A DNA stretch of 63,210 nucleotides, the filler included, from Octopus bimaculoides (lineage: Eukaryota): the NCBI RefSeq assembly GCF_001194135.2. It is 10 parts of 10 records of this genome, joined end to end, with 100 filler letters (N's around TTAATTAATTAA, not from the genome) between each part and the next. Parts side by side here need not be neighbours in the genome. Positions count along the whole stretch, not along the records: positions 9,359 to 15,204 come from NC_068986.1; positions 15,305 to 22,361 come from NC_068994.1; positions 22,462 to 25,193 come from NW_026396084.1; 7 more parts are not named here. One strand, written 5' to 3'. Position 1 is the first letter of the stretch. Each line of letters begins with the position of its first letter. This document shows, piece after piece, positions 10,971 to 24,709 of this stretch. The translations under genes were made by a program, and so were the position numbers. The notes under the pieces were generated by a model, which worked only from the letters and a program-made list of their open reading frames with translations, was not told the origin of the DNA and ran no database searches.

Positions 10971-11567
10971 NNNNNNNNNNNNNNNNNNNNNNNNNNNNNN
11001 NNNNNNNNNNNNNNNNNNNNNNNNNNNNNNNNNNNNNNNNNNNNNNNNNNNNNNNNNNNNNNNNNNNNNNNNNNNNNNNNNNNNNNNNNNNNNNNNNNNN
11101 NNNNNNNNNNNNNNNNNNNNNNNNNNNNNNNNNNNNNNNNNNNNNNNNNNNNNNNNNNNNNNNNNNNNNNNNNNNNNNNNNNNNNNNNNNNNNNNNNNNN
11201 NNNNNNNNNNNNNNNNNNNNNNNNNNNNNNNNNNNNNNNNNNNNNNNNNNNNNNNNNNNNNNNNNNNNNNNNNNNNNNNNNNNNNNNNNNNNNNNNNNNN
11301 NNNNNNNNNNNNNNNNNNNNNNNNNNNNNNNNNNNNNNNNNNNNNNNNNNNNNNNNNNNNNNNNNNNNNNNNNNNNNNNNNNNNNNNNNNNNNNNNNNNN
11401 NNNNNNNNNNNNNNNNNNNNNNNNNNNNNNNNNNNNNNNNNNNNNNNNNNNNNNNNNNNNNNNNNNNNNNNNNNNNNNNNNNNNNNNNNNNNNNNNNNNN
11501 NNNNNNNNNNNNNNNNTTATCGGTAATCCTATAGTTTTTTTGAATTTCTTTTTTAAGTAGTTCTAAG

Positions 11568-12405
11568 TAAAAAAATTTTTAATAACCCATCCTTACGACT
11601 TATCTGTCCTTCTAGCTCTGACATCAGTGTACTTAGTAAAAATATTCTAGATAAATATATTCCTACCTTAGTTAAAAAATTAAAGCTTAGGTTATTGGTC
11701 CAATTCATTCCAAGTCGTCAACTGGTTTAGTTCTATTACTAATAAGAGGAGCACTAAGTTTATCCAGTTTGACATTTCTAGTTTCTATTCTTCCATCAAC
11801 CCAATAGTACTTAACAAGGCACTCTGGCTAGCTCATAACAAAGCTGGTCTCACCAGGGAAGAGATTAATGTTGTGTTGGCCACCAGAAAATCTATCATAA
11901 AATTTAACAACAAGCTGTGGGTCTGTAAAGACACACCCAATGCTTTTGATGTTACGATGGGAAGTTCTGATTCAGTACAAATAGCTGATTTGGTCGGTAT
12001 ACATATGCTTTATGAAATGTCAGACCAGTTCCCAAGCATCAATGGAGATCTATATCATAATGATTGTTTACACTACCTTCAAAATGTTTCTGACCAAAAA
12101 GAATAGTTTTGTTAAGTTTTTCCATAGAATGGGCTTAGGCATCGTTTTTGATGATGTAACGAAAGCCAACTTTTTAGATATTACACTTAACTTACACAAT
12201 AATTCGTACTTCCCATACCACAAACCATTGACCAATCTTAAGTATATTAGCCAATTCAGTAATCATTCTAGGGCAACCACTAAGAACTTAGTTAAGAATA
12301 TTTCATTTAGATTGCCTAAGTTATCTGCTAATGTTGACATTTTCAACAACAAGGCTGAAATTTTATAACTCTGCTTTACTTAAAGCAGGCTATACAGAAA
12401 ATGTT
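11568..12405 (+). mobile_element. Penelope-like element RT pseudogene, probably Naiad/Chlamys clade
   Basis: NNPSLRLICP...FIQFDISSFYSSI...AFDVTMGSSDSVQIADLVG...DLYHNDCL...NFLDITLNL...YHKPL...SNH...YNSALLKAGY; matches the FDVTMGSYDGAExCELVG / GLYRDDGL RT signature; frameshifts and stops. Confidence 0.88.
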
Positions 12406-12475
12406 ACCTACATTAATTCCATTCAATCTTATTCTACCTTTAGTAATGGAGACATGAAATCTAGTTGTAAGGATA

Positions 12476-12695
12476 TAAGCCTAGTACTTATTCTATTGGT
12501 CTCTTTGCCGAACCGCTAATATTATGGGTACGTAAACACACCAGCATCGGTTGTCAAGCGATGTTGTGGGGACAAACACAGACACAAACATATATATATA
12601 CATATACAATGGGCTTCTTCCAGTTTCTGTCTATCAAATCCACTCACAAGGCTTTGGTCAGCCCGAGGCTATAGTAGAAGACACTTGTCCAAGGT
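12476..12695 (-). mobile_element. SINE family A, truncated at both ends
   Basis: Aligns to the internal part of 32693-33095. Confidence 0.9.
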
Positions 12696-14900
12696 AGGAC
12701 CCTGTCAAAGGCTTTCTCCATGTCAAAGAAAGCCAAGTACAGAGGTTTATCTTTGGTTAGGTATTTCTCCTGCAGCTGTCTTACCAGAAATATAGCATCA
12801 GCGGTGCTTTTCCCTGGCACAAACCCAAATAGCATCTCATCTAAACTGACTCTCTCCCTAATTAGTTGGGCTATGACCCTCTCTGTGACTTTCATTACCT
12901 GATCCAACAACTTGATACCTCTGTAATTATTTGTATCTAATGCAACACGTTTACCTTTGTAGCAGTTGACTATGGTGCTGCTACACCAGTCATTGGCTAT
13001 GGCTCCTTCACGTATCACCTGGTTGACTATATGGGTGACTAGGCTATAGCTGACACTGCCAGATACTTTGAGCATCTCTGCGGTGATTCCTGATGGGCCG
13101 GGGACTTTCCCTGTCTTCATACCCTTAATTGCTGTATCTACCAAGGCACTGTCAATTTGGATAGCTGGTCCCTTTTTGGGTCGGCATTCAGCAGGCTCTC
13201 TTTCTCCCATTCATTCTATTTATTTAGCAACCCTTCATAGTGGTGTCTCCAAGCCTCTCTCTTTGCTGCCTCATTTAATGCAAGTGAACCATCATCCATG
13301 CAAACACATTTCTCTCCTATGACATCACGATTCTCTCTCACACACTGTCTTCCAGCATGAAATACTTCAAGTCTTTGGTTCTCACAGCGCAGAACATTGG
13401 CAAATTTTTTCTTATCTGCTTCCCCACTGGTTAAATAACCCTGTCTCCTAGCTCCTCTTTTGGCTGTCTGATACGATTCCCTGCTACCACTGTTCTTCCA
13501 GTCCTTCCAAGCCTGTTTCTTTTCCCTAATGGCCCTGTCAATAACATTGTTCCACCGTCACGTTACCTTGGGTCAAGAGGGGACTTTGCACCATCCACAG
13601 ATCTGGTCAGTGGCCCACAGTAGGTTGTCCCATAGAAACCTCCAGTTGTTTTCCACATCATGTGATGCTATATATGTCCCCCTCTCCCCCTCTATTTTGT
13701 CAAAAGCTTTGAGTAATAGGTCTCTAAATCTCTTTCCATTCGCAAGATCTTTAAGCTTCCAGACCCTTCTCCTCCATGCTGGTCGTCTTCTGGGCATCCA
13801 TTTAGCCCTGATCCTGAAGTCACTAACTACTAGTCTATGTTGTGGGGTACATTCTTTGCCTGGAAAGGTTTTGGCATTTATAAGTAGCCATATTCCCCTT
13901 TTCCTGGTGAGGATGTAGTCAATTTGACTAGTGTGTCTACCAGATCGGTAGGTGAATAGGTGAGTAGCAAGTTTCCTGAAGTTCGTATTGCAAACCATAT
14001 GATCATTTGCATGACAGAACTCCAGCAGACTGGTTCCCCCCTCATTGCAGGAACCAAAACCTATAGCCTCCATGTACACCATGGAAGCCCCTGCATGTTG
14101 TCCAACATGTCCATTTAAATCCCTAGCCACAAAGAGAAGGTCCCTGTCATTCGTTGATGAGGTAGTCAGCAAGAGGGTGTCATAAAATCGGTCTTTCTGT
14201 CCATCATGTAGCCCTGGCTGAGGGGCATAGGCTGAGATAATGGTTGCTAACCCATAATGTAGCACTAATCTAATCTTAAGTATTCTATCGCAGACTCTGA
14301 CTACCTCGATTACCTTAAAAACCCATTTCTCTGCAAGAAGTATACCCACGCCCCTGACTCCATCAGTGTTTCCTGCCCAAAAGATCTTGTATCTATGTTC
14401 TTTGCCTGTGAGGAACCTAGCAGAGCCTCCTCTCCACCTTACTTTTTGGATGCAGCACAAATCTACACATTTCCATTCAAGCATCTCAACAATCTCACCA
14501 GACCTACCTTTCAGTGTGCCCACATTGAGTATGCCAACCCTGAGGGCATAGGAGGTGTGGTCCCATGTGACCCTGGGATGAGGGACAGCAGTGTCATGTA
14601 CCTGAAAAGAAAGCTCGCATTTGGCAGAATTCATAAACAAACAACAGCCTTCAACCTGCATACACTACACCATCGTTTTTATGCGCTATATGATCACAAC
14701 CTTACATAGGAGATAAACCCTAAGTAGGGGTGGAGATGGCGTTAAGCTTTTAGAAGTGTTCATGGGAGACAACTGAAGGCAGTCAAAGGATAGGGACTTC
14801 TGGTACTGGTGGTGGGAGTGAGAGGATAGGGACTTCCGGTACTGTTGGTGGGGGTGGGAGGGCAGCGGACCACGAAACAGCAATACCGGTGCTAGGAATG
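12696..14900 (-). mobile_element. RTE-clade LINE: 5' region, APE endonuclease and N-terminal RT, 3' truncated
   Basis: LNVGTL...DLCCIQKVRW...SAYAPQ...DLNGHVG...QIDYIL...QHRLVV (APE); KVPGPSG...NYRGIKLL...FGFVPGKSTADAIF...DMEKAFDRV (RT); frameshifts between 13210 and 13573. Confidence 0.97.
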
Positions 14901-15444
14901 ACATTAATAGTCATTTAAAACTCTTAGAATTTTTGGTCAGCCAATCTCTGACAAAATTAGAGAAATGAATAATTGACGATGTAACAAAAGTAAATAGATG
15001 CATGCATAAGTGACGATAAGAGTATTTGTTTAAACATAAGTTTGTTTTTAAGACAGAAGACGAAAACTATGTTTACAGAACTAAGAGGGGATTATGATCT
15101 GTGCTGAAATAGAAGTGATAGATGTACTGAGTTGAAAAAACAAGATTCCTTATCTGTACAACATCTTCTGGGTTTGTATTCTTTTGGCAGGGTTATTGAA
15201 AAATNNNNNNNNNNNNNNNNNNNNNNNNNNNNNNNNNNNNNNNNNNNNTTAATTAATTAANNNNNNNNNNNNNNNNNNNNNNNNNNNNNNNNNNNNNNNN
15301 NNNNTATATATATCAACTTATAAGTATATATACAGACATACACACCCACACACATACATATATATATATATGACTACATATAAATATAGACATATATATA
15401 AATGTATATATTCATACATGCATACGCTCACACACACAGACACA

Positions 15445-15486
<42 letters not shown>

Positions 15487-15599
15487 CATACGTACACACA
15501 TGTATATACATGCAGACAAGCATTCATATCTGAGCATGGTGTATCTGTGTGTGTGTGTGTGCGAAACAAAGAGATGATAAGGCGAAGCTGAGAATTGGC

Positions 15600-16267
15600 T
15601 GAGGGAGAGGAAGGAGAATCGGGGAGTGTGCGAGTGAGTGAGAGAGAGAGAGAGAGTGTGTGTGAGAGAGAGCGTGAGAGAGTGAGAGGGAGAGGTAGGA
15701 GGGTGTGTAGCAGTCATAAATTTGCAAAGAGAGAGAGAAAGAGAGAGAGAGAGATTGTGAGTGGGAGGAAGCAGAGCAAGAGGAAAACAAAAAATGGTGT
15801 GTGTGTGTCTGCAAGGAAGGAAGCTGGAGTCGAAGTAGTAGTTGTAGTAGTAGCATCAGCAGTGGCAGTGGTTTTAGTAGTAGTAATAGCAGCAGCAGTA
15901 GTAGTGGTGGTAGTAGTCACTGCCGCCATTGAGAGTAGGTGGAGGAAGGAAAAGGATGATGGCGTTGGCGTTGGTGGATGGGATGGAGCTAATGATGACG
16001 ACGATGGTGATGACAATGGTGATCACCATCATCATGATCGTGGTGGTGATGCTGGAAAGGACGGGGCACAGAAATGACTGAAGGAGATGAAGAAAGAGAG
16101 AGAGAGAGAGGGGGGGGAAAGAAAAGGAGAGACAAGAGACAGAGTGATAGAGCTAGGCGATGGCTGTGATGTTAACCAAGCATGGCATCGTGGTGGCGGC
16201 GGTGACGGTGGCGATGAAGGTGTGACGAGGAAACAGACAGAAGAGATTTGGTGACGGTGATGTTAAC

Positions 16268-16303
<36 letters not shown>

Positions 16304-16345
16304 GACGATGATGATGATGGTGGTGGTGGTGGTGGTGGTGGCGAT
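15600..16345. repeat. Compound GA / GTA / GAT / GGT simple-repeat tract
   Basis: Read directly. Confidence 0.9.
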
Positions 16346-17064
16346 GAGGACAACAAGGTAGACGATGGAGTGGAGGGTGCTCGAAGTGTATATATACATG
16401 TATACTGATCGTGATAGATGCTGGCTGTTGGCAGTGATGGGGAGGCTCTCATTATTAGTNNNNNNNNNNNNNNNNNNNNNNNNNNNNNNNNNNNNNNNNN
16501 NNNNNNNNNNNNNNNNNNNNNNNNNNNNNNNNNNNNNNNNNNNNNNNNNNNNNNNNNNNNNNNNNNNNNNNNNNNNNNNNNNNNNNNNNNNNNNNNNNNN
16601 NNNNNNNNNNNNNNNNNNNNNNNNNNNNNNNNNNNNNNNNNNNNNNNNNNNNNNNNNNNNNNNNNNNNNNNNNNNNNNNNNNNNNNNNNNNNNNNNNNNN
16701 NNNNNNNNNNNNNNNNNNNNNNNNNNNNNNNNNNNNNNNNNNNNNNNNNNNNNNNNNNNNNNNNNNNNNNNNNNNNNNNNNNNNNNNNNNNNNNNNNNNN
16801 NNNNNNNNNNNNNNNNNNNNNNNNNNNNNNNNNNNNNNNNNNNNNNNNNNNNNNNNNNNNNNNNNNNNNNNNNNNNNNNNNNNNNNNNNNNNNNNNNNNN
16901 NNNNNNNNNNNNNNNNNNNNNNNNNNNNNNNNNNNNNNNNNNNNNNNNNNNNNATATATATATATATATATAAGGGTATAAGGGTAGTGATGGTTATTGT
17001 AACAAGGGTGGTGTGAAGTGTTACTGATGATGATAATATGATGATGGTGGTTTTTTTATTTTTT

Positions 17065-17300
17065 TATGTTTAGCACCAGATTAACCAGGATTACGTAAAA
17101 CTACAATTTGAAGACATGCCAATCATGAGCATCAGAAACAACATAACCTGGACTCGGCTGCACTGTCCAAAATGTCTAGCGCACTTTTCCTTTTCTGTCT
17201 TTTGTTTTTATTTTTTTTTTAAGTCGATAAAGTAAGGATCCGATGAAGAAATTTTAGCTGCTATTTCTACGCAGGTCAAGAACCCTGCATAGAGGCACTT
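17065..17300. repeat. Dispersed short repeat family E, diverged
   Basis: Shares segments with 5400-5490, 20350-20430, 20613-20672 and 36722-36790. Confidence 0.55.
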
Positions 17301-17349
17301 CTTGAGAATGACTATGATAATGATGACGATGATGATGACGATGATCACA

Positions 17350-17388
<39 letters not shown>

Positions 17389-17469
17389 GTGATGGTGATG
17401 ACAATGGATACGACGGCGGTCTTGGAAATGGTAGTAGTGGGAGTAGAGCAAAATAAAAATAAAAAGAAT

Positions 17470-17502
<33 letters not shown>

Positions 17503-18136
17503 CAGGAAAGCATTCGGAATGCAAGGGGAGACTATTGTTACAGGAACACGATGAAATGTTCATCGTCAGTGGCGGTGAGAAGGATGTGGGAGTGGGGTGG
17601 GGAGCGGTTGCATTCGGGGTGGGGGTTAGAATTGGCAAGGAGTGGTGACAGGAGAATACCTTTGCAATTGATGTCAGAGTTTAATTAGGAAGAGCATGAG
17701 GATGATGCTGCTGCTGATAATGATGATGATGATGATAGTGGTGGTGGTGGTGGCAATGACAGTATTGATTTTTTTATTTACACATGCATGCACACACGCA
17801 CACACACACACGCACGCCTACGTGCACATACAAGCACACACACACACACAGACACACTTGCATGCATACATACACAGGCACCTTTATATTCGGGGGAAAG
17901 TTTCCATCAAAATATATTTATGACTATATATGTATATGTGTACATATATATGTGCATGAGTGTGTGTATAAACATATATAGCTATATACATATATATATA
18001 TATATATATAAATATATGTATGTATGCATGTGCATGTGTATATATATAAACATATATATACATACACACATACATCTATAAATGCATATACAAGTATAGA
18101 TGTGTTTATGTATATACATATATATATACATATATA

Positions 18137-18211
<75 letters not shown>

Positions 18212-18273
18212 CGTAGTCATTGTCATTATTCTATGTACAGTTTCCAAGTTAGGATGGAAAGTGGATGGATAAG

Positions 18274-18410
18274 TACAGGCATGGCTGTGTGGTAAATAAC
18301 TTCACTTTGCAACCACATGGCTTCAGGTTCAAACCCACAGTGCAGTATCTTGGGCAAGTGAGTTTATGGTTGATATAAGACGGCAACTAAAAGAAGCTAG
18401 CGTATATATA
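18274..18410 (+). mobile_element. SINE family A head, diverged
   Basis: ggcatggctgtgtggtaa...ggttcaaaccc...cttgggcaagtg. Confidence 0.75.
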
Positions 18411-19153
18411 CGTGTATGTATATCATTCAACTATGGTAGTAGTTGAATAATATTCTTAAGGCTGCAATTTATTCACAAGCAGCATTTTTTAGGGCATGTC
18501 ACAAATTCAGTTCTTAACCAAATTGAAAACCTTTAACATTTTTGAAAACTGTCCCTAGCTACATTTTGGCATTAAAAAAAAATGAGATTTGATCAAGTAG
18601 GAAAAAGTTTGCATCAAAATTTGAAGCAATGTTATAGGAGAGTAAGTAATGCCTCCAATCAAGTTTAGATCTAATAACTTTTTTTTATTCTAAAGCAAAA
18701 TATATTTATCTTAACTTCAATGATAGAAGAAAGCATAAAGAATTCCATAGTTTTTGTCCCATGCAACAAAAATTTGTATCAAAATAGTTGTGAGGTAAAA
18801 TATCATGAAAAAAAATATAAGTAAGGTAAAAAAAACTGGATTAAAGTATTTTTAACTATTTTATTTTAAAAACAAACTATATTTGAATTAAGCTTAAATG
18901 ATAGAGCTCAATTCAAGGAATTTCATGGTATCAATCTGATGCAATGAAGTTTTAAAAGGAAAAAGTTATGAGTGTTTGTTTCTCAAATTTGAGGGTGATA
19001 ATATAATTCTATACTTTTTTATGGATATAGTTCTATAAGGGGGCTTTTAATATATGTCACTGGTGTCATTGAGGTAAGGAAAAAATTATCAACAACACTG
19101 CTAATTGACGCATTATTAATTAGCATAATAGCATAGCCTGGAAAAAGCATGGA

Positions 19154-20010
19154 TTACACGGGTAAATGCAAGCAAGAGAAATAATATTCTTAAGATTATA
19201 AACATGGAAAATTACAGGACAAGTTATTACATTTGGTAAAGTACAGAACAAGAAGATTTTTACTTAAAATATTGCAGCTAAGAATAAAATTTGAATATTA
19301 AAAACTATTTGATTTTAATTTACAAAGTAACATTATAATTAAAAAAGGTACAATCATTTTGTTAAAATATTGATACACTAGAATACTTAAGAAATGAGAG
19401 CCAGAAGTACCCTTATAGCTAAAGTTTTATGCAAAGTAGATAATAGATATCGTAGGCAAATTCCTTATGTAAAAAACAGGCATTGGGTCAAAACTAAAAA
19501 TGTGAAGACTTGGCAATAACTTAGGCAATAACTAAAGCAAATTTTACTGTGAATTTGTTGTTATAGGTAGATTTTACTGTAATATATAACTAATTTTTGT
19601 ATTATTCTATATACTGTACAAACTAATTACATACTACTATGATTTTTTATAGCCTATTTTCAAATTTCTATTAATTAATAATTAAAAAAATAAATTTTTT
19701 GAAAGTGCAAAAAATAATTTCAATTGAATTATTTTTAATTTTTAATAGAAGTAACAAATAATAACAAATAGAAGTAATAACTTGTAATAAAATTTTTAGT
19801 TTTAATAAAAGTTAATATTTTCTAAATCTAAATATTTTATTTGAAATTTTATCCTTAGCTGCATTATTTTAAGTGAAAATTTTCTTGTTCTGTACTTTAC
19901 CAGGTGTAATAACTTGTCCTGTACTTTTCCAAGTGTAATAACTTGTCCTCTAATTTTCCAGGTTTATAATCTTAAAAATATTATTTCTCTGGCTTGCATT
20001 TTTCCATGTA
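19154..20010. mobile_element. Long-TIR non-autonomous DNA element (arms about 180-230 bp, AT-rich core)
   Basis: Left attacacgggtaaatgcaagc...agattataaac; right gtttataatctt...gcttgcatttttccatgtaat; 29-bp subterminal repeats as at 10108-10194. Confidence 0.85.
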
Positions 20011-20037
20011 ATGTATGTATGTGTATGTAAGCATATG

Positions 20038-20082
<45 letters not shown>

Positions 20083-21000
20083 CTGTCTTCTTGTTTTCTT
20101 AATTGTAAACAAATATCACTATCATAGATGTGGTGTCAATTGTTTGCAATCTTCCGTAAAAAAATGCCTGGTCATTGAGCTCTTAATGTTTGAAGGATTA
20201 GAACTAAATATTATGAATAACTGGAAGCAGGTGAAGATTGGTTAAACAATGGGTATCCATTCACGGAAAATCTGCTTCAACAAATTTCATTTGATTCATA
20301 TAAGCTTGAAAAAGTGGCAGTGATGGAAATGATAATAATCATGGCAATTAGATGGGATGGTCATTACTGGAAAGCTTTGATAATTATTTTAGCACTAGAT
20401 CAAATTGACCAGGGCTGATCTGGGCAGGGTTGAACAGGACAATGAAGCAGAAACAAAATACCATTCCTCCTCCTCCTCCACCATCAAAATCCACTACCAC
20501 CAAAACCACCACCAAAACCACCACCACCATCAGTACCAGCACCGCTGCTGCTGCTGCTGCTGCAGCCACGCCACCACCATCACCAAGGAAACATTTCAAA
20601 GAAGCCTCTATGTGGTTGCTTGGCCTGCTAGAAAAAGCAGTAAAAATTTTCTGCGTGTCTTAAAAATAAAAGGTAAAAAAAAAAGAGGGAAAAAGAGTCC
20701 AGCAAATAAACGCTGCCTCCACAGCTTCAGCTGCCGTCACCACCACAACCACTAACACCGCTACCACCAGTACCACCACAACCATCACCATCCAGTTTCT
20801 TTGTTGATATAGATGGCAGCACTGCATGTTGTGACAATCTTCTCTATCTGTGTAATTACTTGCTCTTTAATCTCACTGGCTTTAAACAAACATGACTGTC
20901 CTGTACACATAGCAACAAAAACAAGAGGAACCCACTGTGGGTTTCCATTATGAGTAGTCTACTTTCCTCATCAACTGAACTACCTGTTCGTTGTGTTTTA

Positions 21001-21410
21001 ATGCAAGTGGCTGAGTATTCCACAGACTTAAATTAGGTCTGCCTTGCGTCTTCAGTTATAGGATCCATGAGGTCAGAGTTTAATTTGGTTTCCATGGTGT
21101 TGAAAGTAAGTGAATGGGAAGCTGGTTTGTTGTATTTTAAATGCAAGTGGCTGAGTACTCCACAGACTTAAATTAAGTTAGGTCTGCCTTGAGTGGTGAG
21201 TTATAGGATTCGTGAAGTCAGAGTTTAACTCAGTTTCCATGGCATTGAAAGTAACTGAAATTAATACACTACCCGCTGAATGGGAAGCTGACTCATTGTA
21301 TTTTAAATGTAAGTGGCTGAGTACTCCACAGACATGAATTAGGTTATGTCTGTCATGAGTCCTAGGACTCATAAATTCAGAGTTTAACTCAATTTCCATG
21401 GCGTATAAGT
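21001..21410. repeat. Diverged tandem repeat, about 2.7 units of 140-166 bp
   Basis: Units start at 21001, 21141 and 21307 with atg(c/t)aagtggctgagta(t/c)tccacagac. Confidence 0.9.
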
Positions 21411-21477
21411 GACTAAGATAACAACAATCCCGGGCCATGAATGGGATGTCAGCAAGCTTACAGGGTTGTAAAGTGGT

Positions 21478-21575
21478 TAGCACAAAGGAGGACATCCAGC
21501 TGTAGAAACCAAGACAAGACAGACAATTGCCAGCATGGAAATCAGACATTAAATGATGATGATGATGATGATGAT
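21478..21575 (+). mobile_element. Probable RTE-type 3' tail fragment with (GAT)n end
   Basis: ggacatccagctgtagaaacc...tgccagcatggaaa...ttaaatgatgatg; recalled similarity only. Confidence 0.4.
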
Positions 21576-22928
21576 GAGGAGGAGGAGGAGGAGGAGGAGG
21601 AGGAGGTGGTGGAGGAGGAGAGGTGGAGGAGGAGAGGTGGAGGAGGACGATGATGATGATGATGACAATGAAGGTGGTGATGATGATGATGATGAGGATG
21701 GTGATGATACTGATGAGGATAATGATGATATGCATGCATAAACACACACACTCACTCACACAAATACAGGTATAAAAGCATACACGCACACTGACATATG
21801 CATCAGCCAGGTAGATGTCGGTTCACTGATCAGAAGAGACACACATACATACACTAATGAAGAAGTGCATACACACACTCACATATAAACAACACACACA
21901 TGTTAGTTAACATATTGAAGACTTTGGTTAGTACTGTTTCTCTAATATGTGTGTGTGTGTGTGTGCTTATACCGACAGCACCAGTACCATCAACATCACA
22001 ACTATTACTACTACTACTACAACCACCACCGTGAGTGCTACTATTATTACTCCCCCTTCTTCTGCTACTACTGCTGCTGCTGCTGCTACTTGTACCTTCT
22101 GTAGTACCATCACCACTTCTACCAACACCATCTCATCTCCCCCTTTCATTACCATCCTCAACGTCATCATCATCATCATCATCATCATCACTGCTGCCGT
22201 CGCCGCCGACGCTGCCACCACCACCACTACTGCCACCGCCACCACCATCACCACCGCCGCGGCGACCACTACCACCACCGCCACAACCACTAGTAACTGT
22301 GTTGACGACAGAACTATTCCTCCTCACTCTGTAAACACTTTCATGACTTCTACTGAGTCTCNNNNNNNNNNNNNNNNNNNNNNNNNNNNNNNNNNNNNNN
22401 NNNNNTTAATTAATTAANNNNNNNNNNNNNNNNNNNNNNNNNNNNNNNNNNNNNNNNNNNNGCTGGTGATTTTCTTTGCGGTTGATGGTGGCGTGGAGGC
22501 GTGGAGGCACTTCTACCCTCACCAAACTACGTATCTCTGCTTCTCATACTTTTCTCAAAATATATTTGTACAAAACAAAGCCGAGCTCAATTTCCCTTTT
22601 TGTTTTTTATTAAGGCTTTTAATGTCGAAATGTCGTAAAACACACGCAAAGTCACTTTTAACTTATCTCGATATATTTCTTACACAAACTAGAATGAAAT
22701 ACAAACAAGCAAATAACTGTGTTGTTGTTGTTGTTGCTGCTGTCGTTGTTGTTGATGACGATGTTGATGATGATGGACAATAATGACGATGGTGGTGTTT
22801 ATAGTGATGATCAAGAATGATGAGAGTAGTGATGTTGGTGATAATGGTGATCTTGTTGTTGTTGTTGGTGGTGGTGGTAGTGGTGGTTGAAGGCGGTGGG
22901 TGTAATGTAGTTATTGCTTTTCTTCATT

Positions 22929-22960
<32 letters not shown>

Positions 22961-23014
22961 GAGGAGGAGAACTCCGACAGGAATAGTTGGCGATTGATCA
23001 ATAGGCATTGATTG

Positions 23015-23155
23015 GCTCTGTCTACCGAATTCACTCACAAGGCATTCTGAGGTGACTCGGGGCTATAAAAGAAGAACACACTTGCCAAAGGCGCCACGTA
23101 GAGGGACTGAAACCGAAACCATGCGGCTGCAAAGCGATCTCCCTAACCTCACAGC
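23015..23155 (-). mobile_element. SINE family A head, diverged
   Basis: tctgtctaccgaattcactcacaaggc...acacttgcc...cacagcc matches the reverse A head. Confidence 0.75.
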
Positions 23156-23480
23156 CGTACCCGATAGCGCCTTATGGTAATAAGATCGTTAAAAAAATGT
23201 CATGAGACAAACATGAACGGCCATGTTAACACATCATATAACATTATTACATATCTTTGTCGAGAGATAAGTACATTAAAAGATAATCAATAAACAGTGT
23301 TGTTGTTATCGTTGTAACTGTTGTTGTGTTTGTTGTTGCTGTACGCAATATATCTGGTCTATATCTCTTCTATCTTGTCATTCGATACCACACGGATTTC
23401 ATGACCAATTACTCATCTGAAGTTAAATAAAGAAGCACACACTTACACACACGGTAAACATAGATGTATATAAACGAGAA

Positions 23481-23541
<61 letters not shown>

Positions 23542-23596
23542 AAGAAAGAGAAAGAAAGAGAGATCTATGTGTGCATGTTATTTTACACATATATAT

Positions 23597-23629
<33 letters not shown>

Positions 23630-23642
23630 CATACATACATAC

Positions 23643-23673
<31 letters not shown>

Positions 23674-23829
23674 TGTGTACTATCATGTTGAAAAATAATC
23701 AGTTAAAATATCTGAGTTTGATATGCAATCTCCGAAATTAACCTGTCATCTTAATTTCGTTCTTTCTTTTTTCGTTATTTACATGTTTGTGTATGTGTGT
23801 TTTATCTGTCAGTCTCTTTCTCTGGCACG

Positions 23830-23886
<57 letters not shown>

Positions 23887-24496
23887 ATATATAGGTGAAA
23901 TAAATATCAGGGATGCTTTTCCCCTCGCAGAAACTGCAGGAGCTACTCAAAGGTTTTGCAAGATCTTCTACANNNNNNNNNNNNNNNNNNNNNNNNNNNN
24001 NNNNNNNNNNNNNNNNNNNNNNNNNNNNNNNNNNNNNNNNNNNNNNNNNNNNNNNNNNNNNNNNNNNNNNNNNNNNNNNNNNNNNNNNNNNNNNNNNNNN
24101 NNNNNNNNNNNNNNNNNNNNNNNNNNNNNNNNNNNNNNNNNNNNNNNNNNNNNNNNNNNNNNNNNNNNNNNNNNNNNNNNNNNNNNNNNNNNNNNNNNNN
24201 NNNNNNNNNNNNNNNNNNNNNNNNNNNNNNNNNNNNNNNNNNNNNNNNNNNNNNNNNNNNNNNNNNNNNNNNNNNNNNNNNNNNNNNNNNNNNNNNNNNN
24301 NNNNNNNNNNNNNNNNNNNNNNNNNNNNNNNNNNNNNNNNNNNNNNNNNNNNNNNNNNNNNNNNNNNNNNNNNNNNNNNNNNNNNNNNNNNNNNNNNNNN
24401 NNNNNNNNNNNNNNNNNNNNNNNNNNNNNNNNNNNNNNNNNNNNNNNNNNNNNNNNNNNNNNNNNNNNNNNNNNNNNNNNNNNNNNNNNNNNNNNN

Positions 24497-24668
24497 CTGG
24501 CAAAAATGAGTAGTACCTGTATTTCAAAGGGCCGGCCTTGTCACGCTGAATATCCCCGAGAACTACGTGTCTGTGGATTGCTCAGTCACTTGCACGTTGA
24601 TTTCATGAACAGGCTGTTCCGTTGATCGTATCAGCTGGGACCCTCGTCGTCGTAACCGAAGGAGTGCT
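24497..24668 (+). mobile_element. SINE family C, 3' part
   Basis: Aligns to 6335-6470. Confidence 0.88.
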
Positions 24669-24709
24669 CCTCTTAATAGGGAATGAAACCGCATGCTAGC
24701 TCTTAAAAA

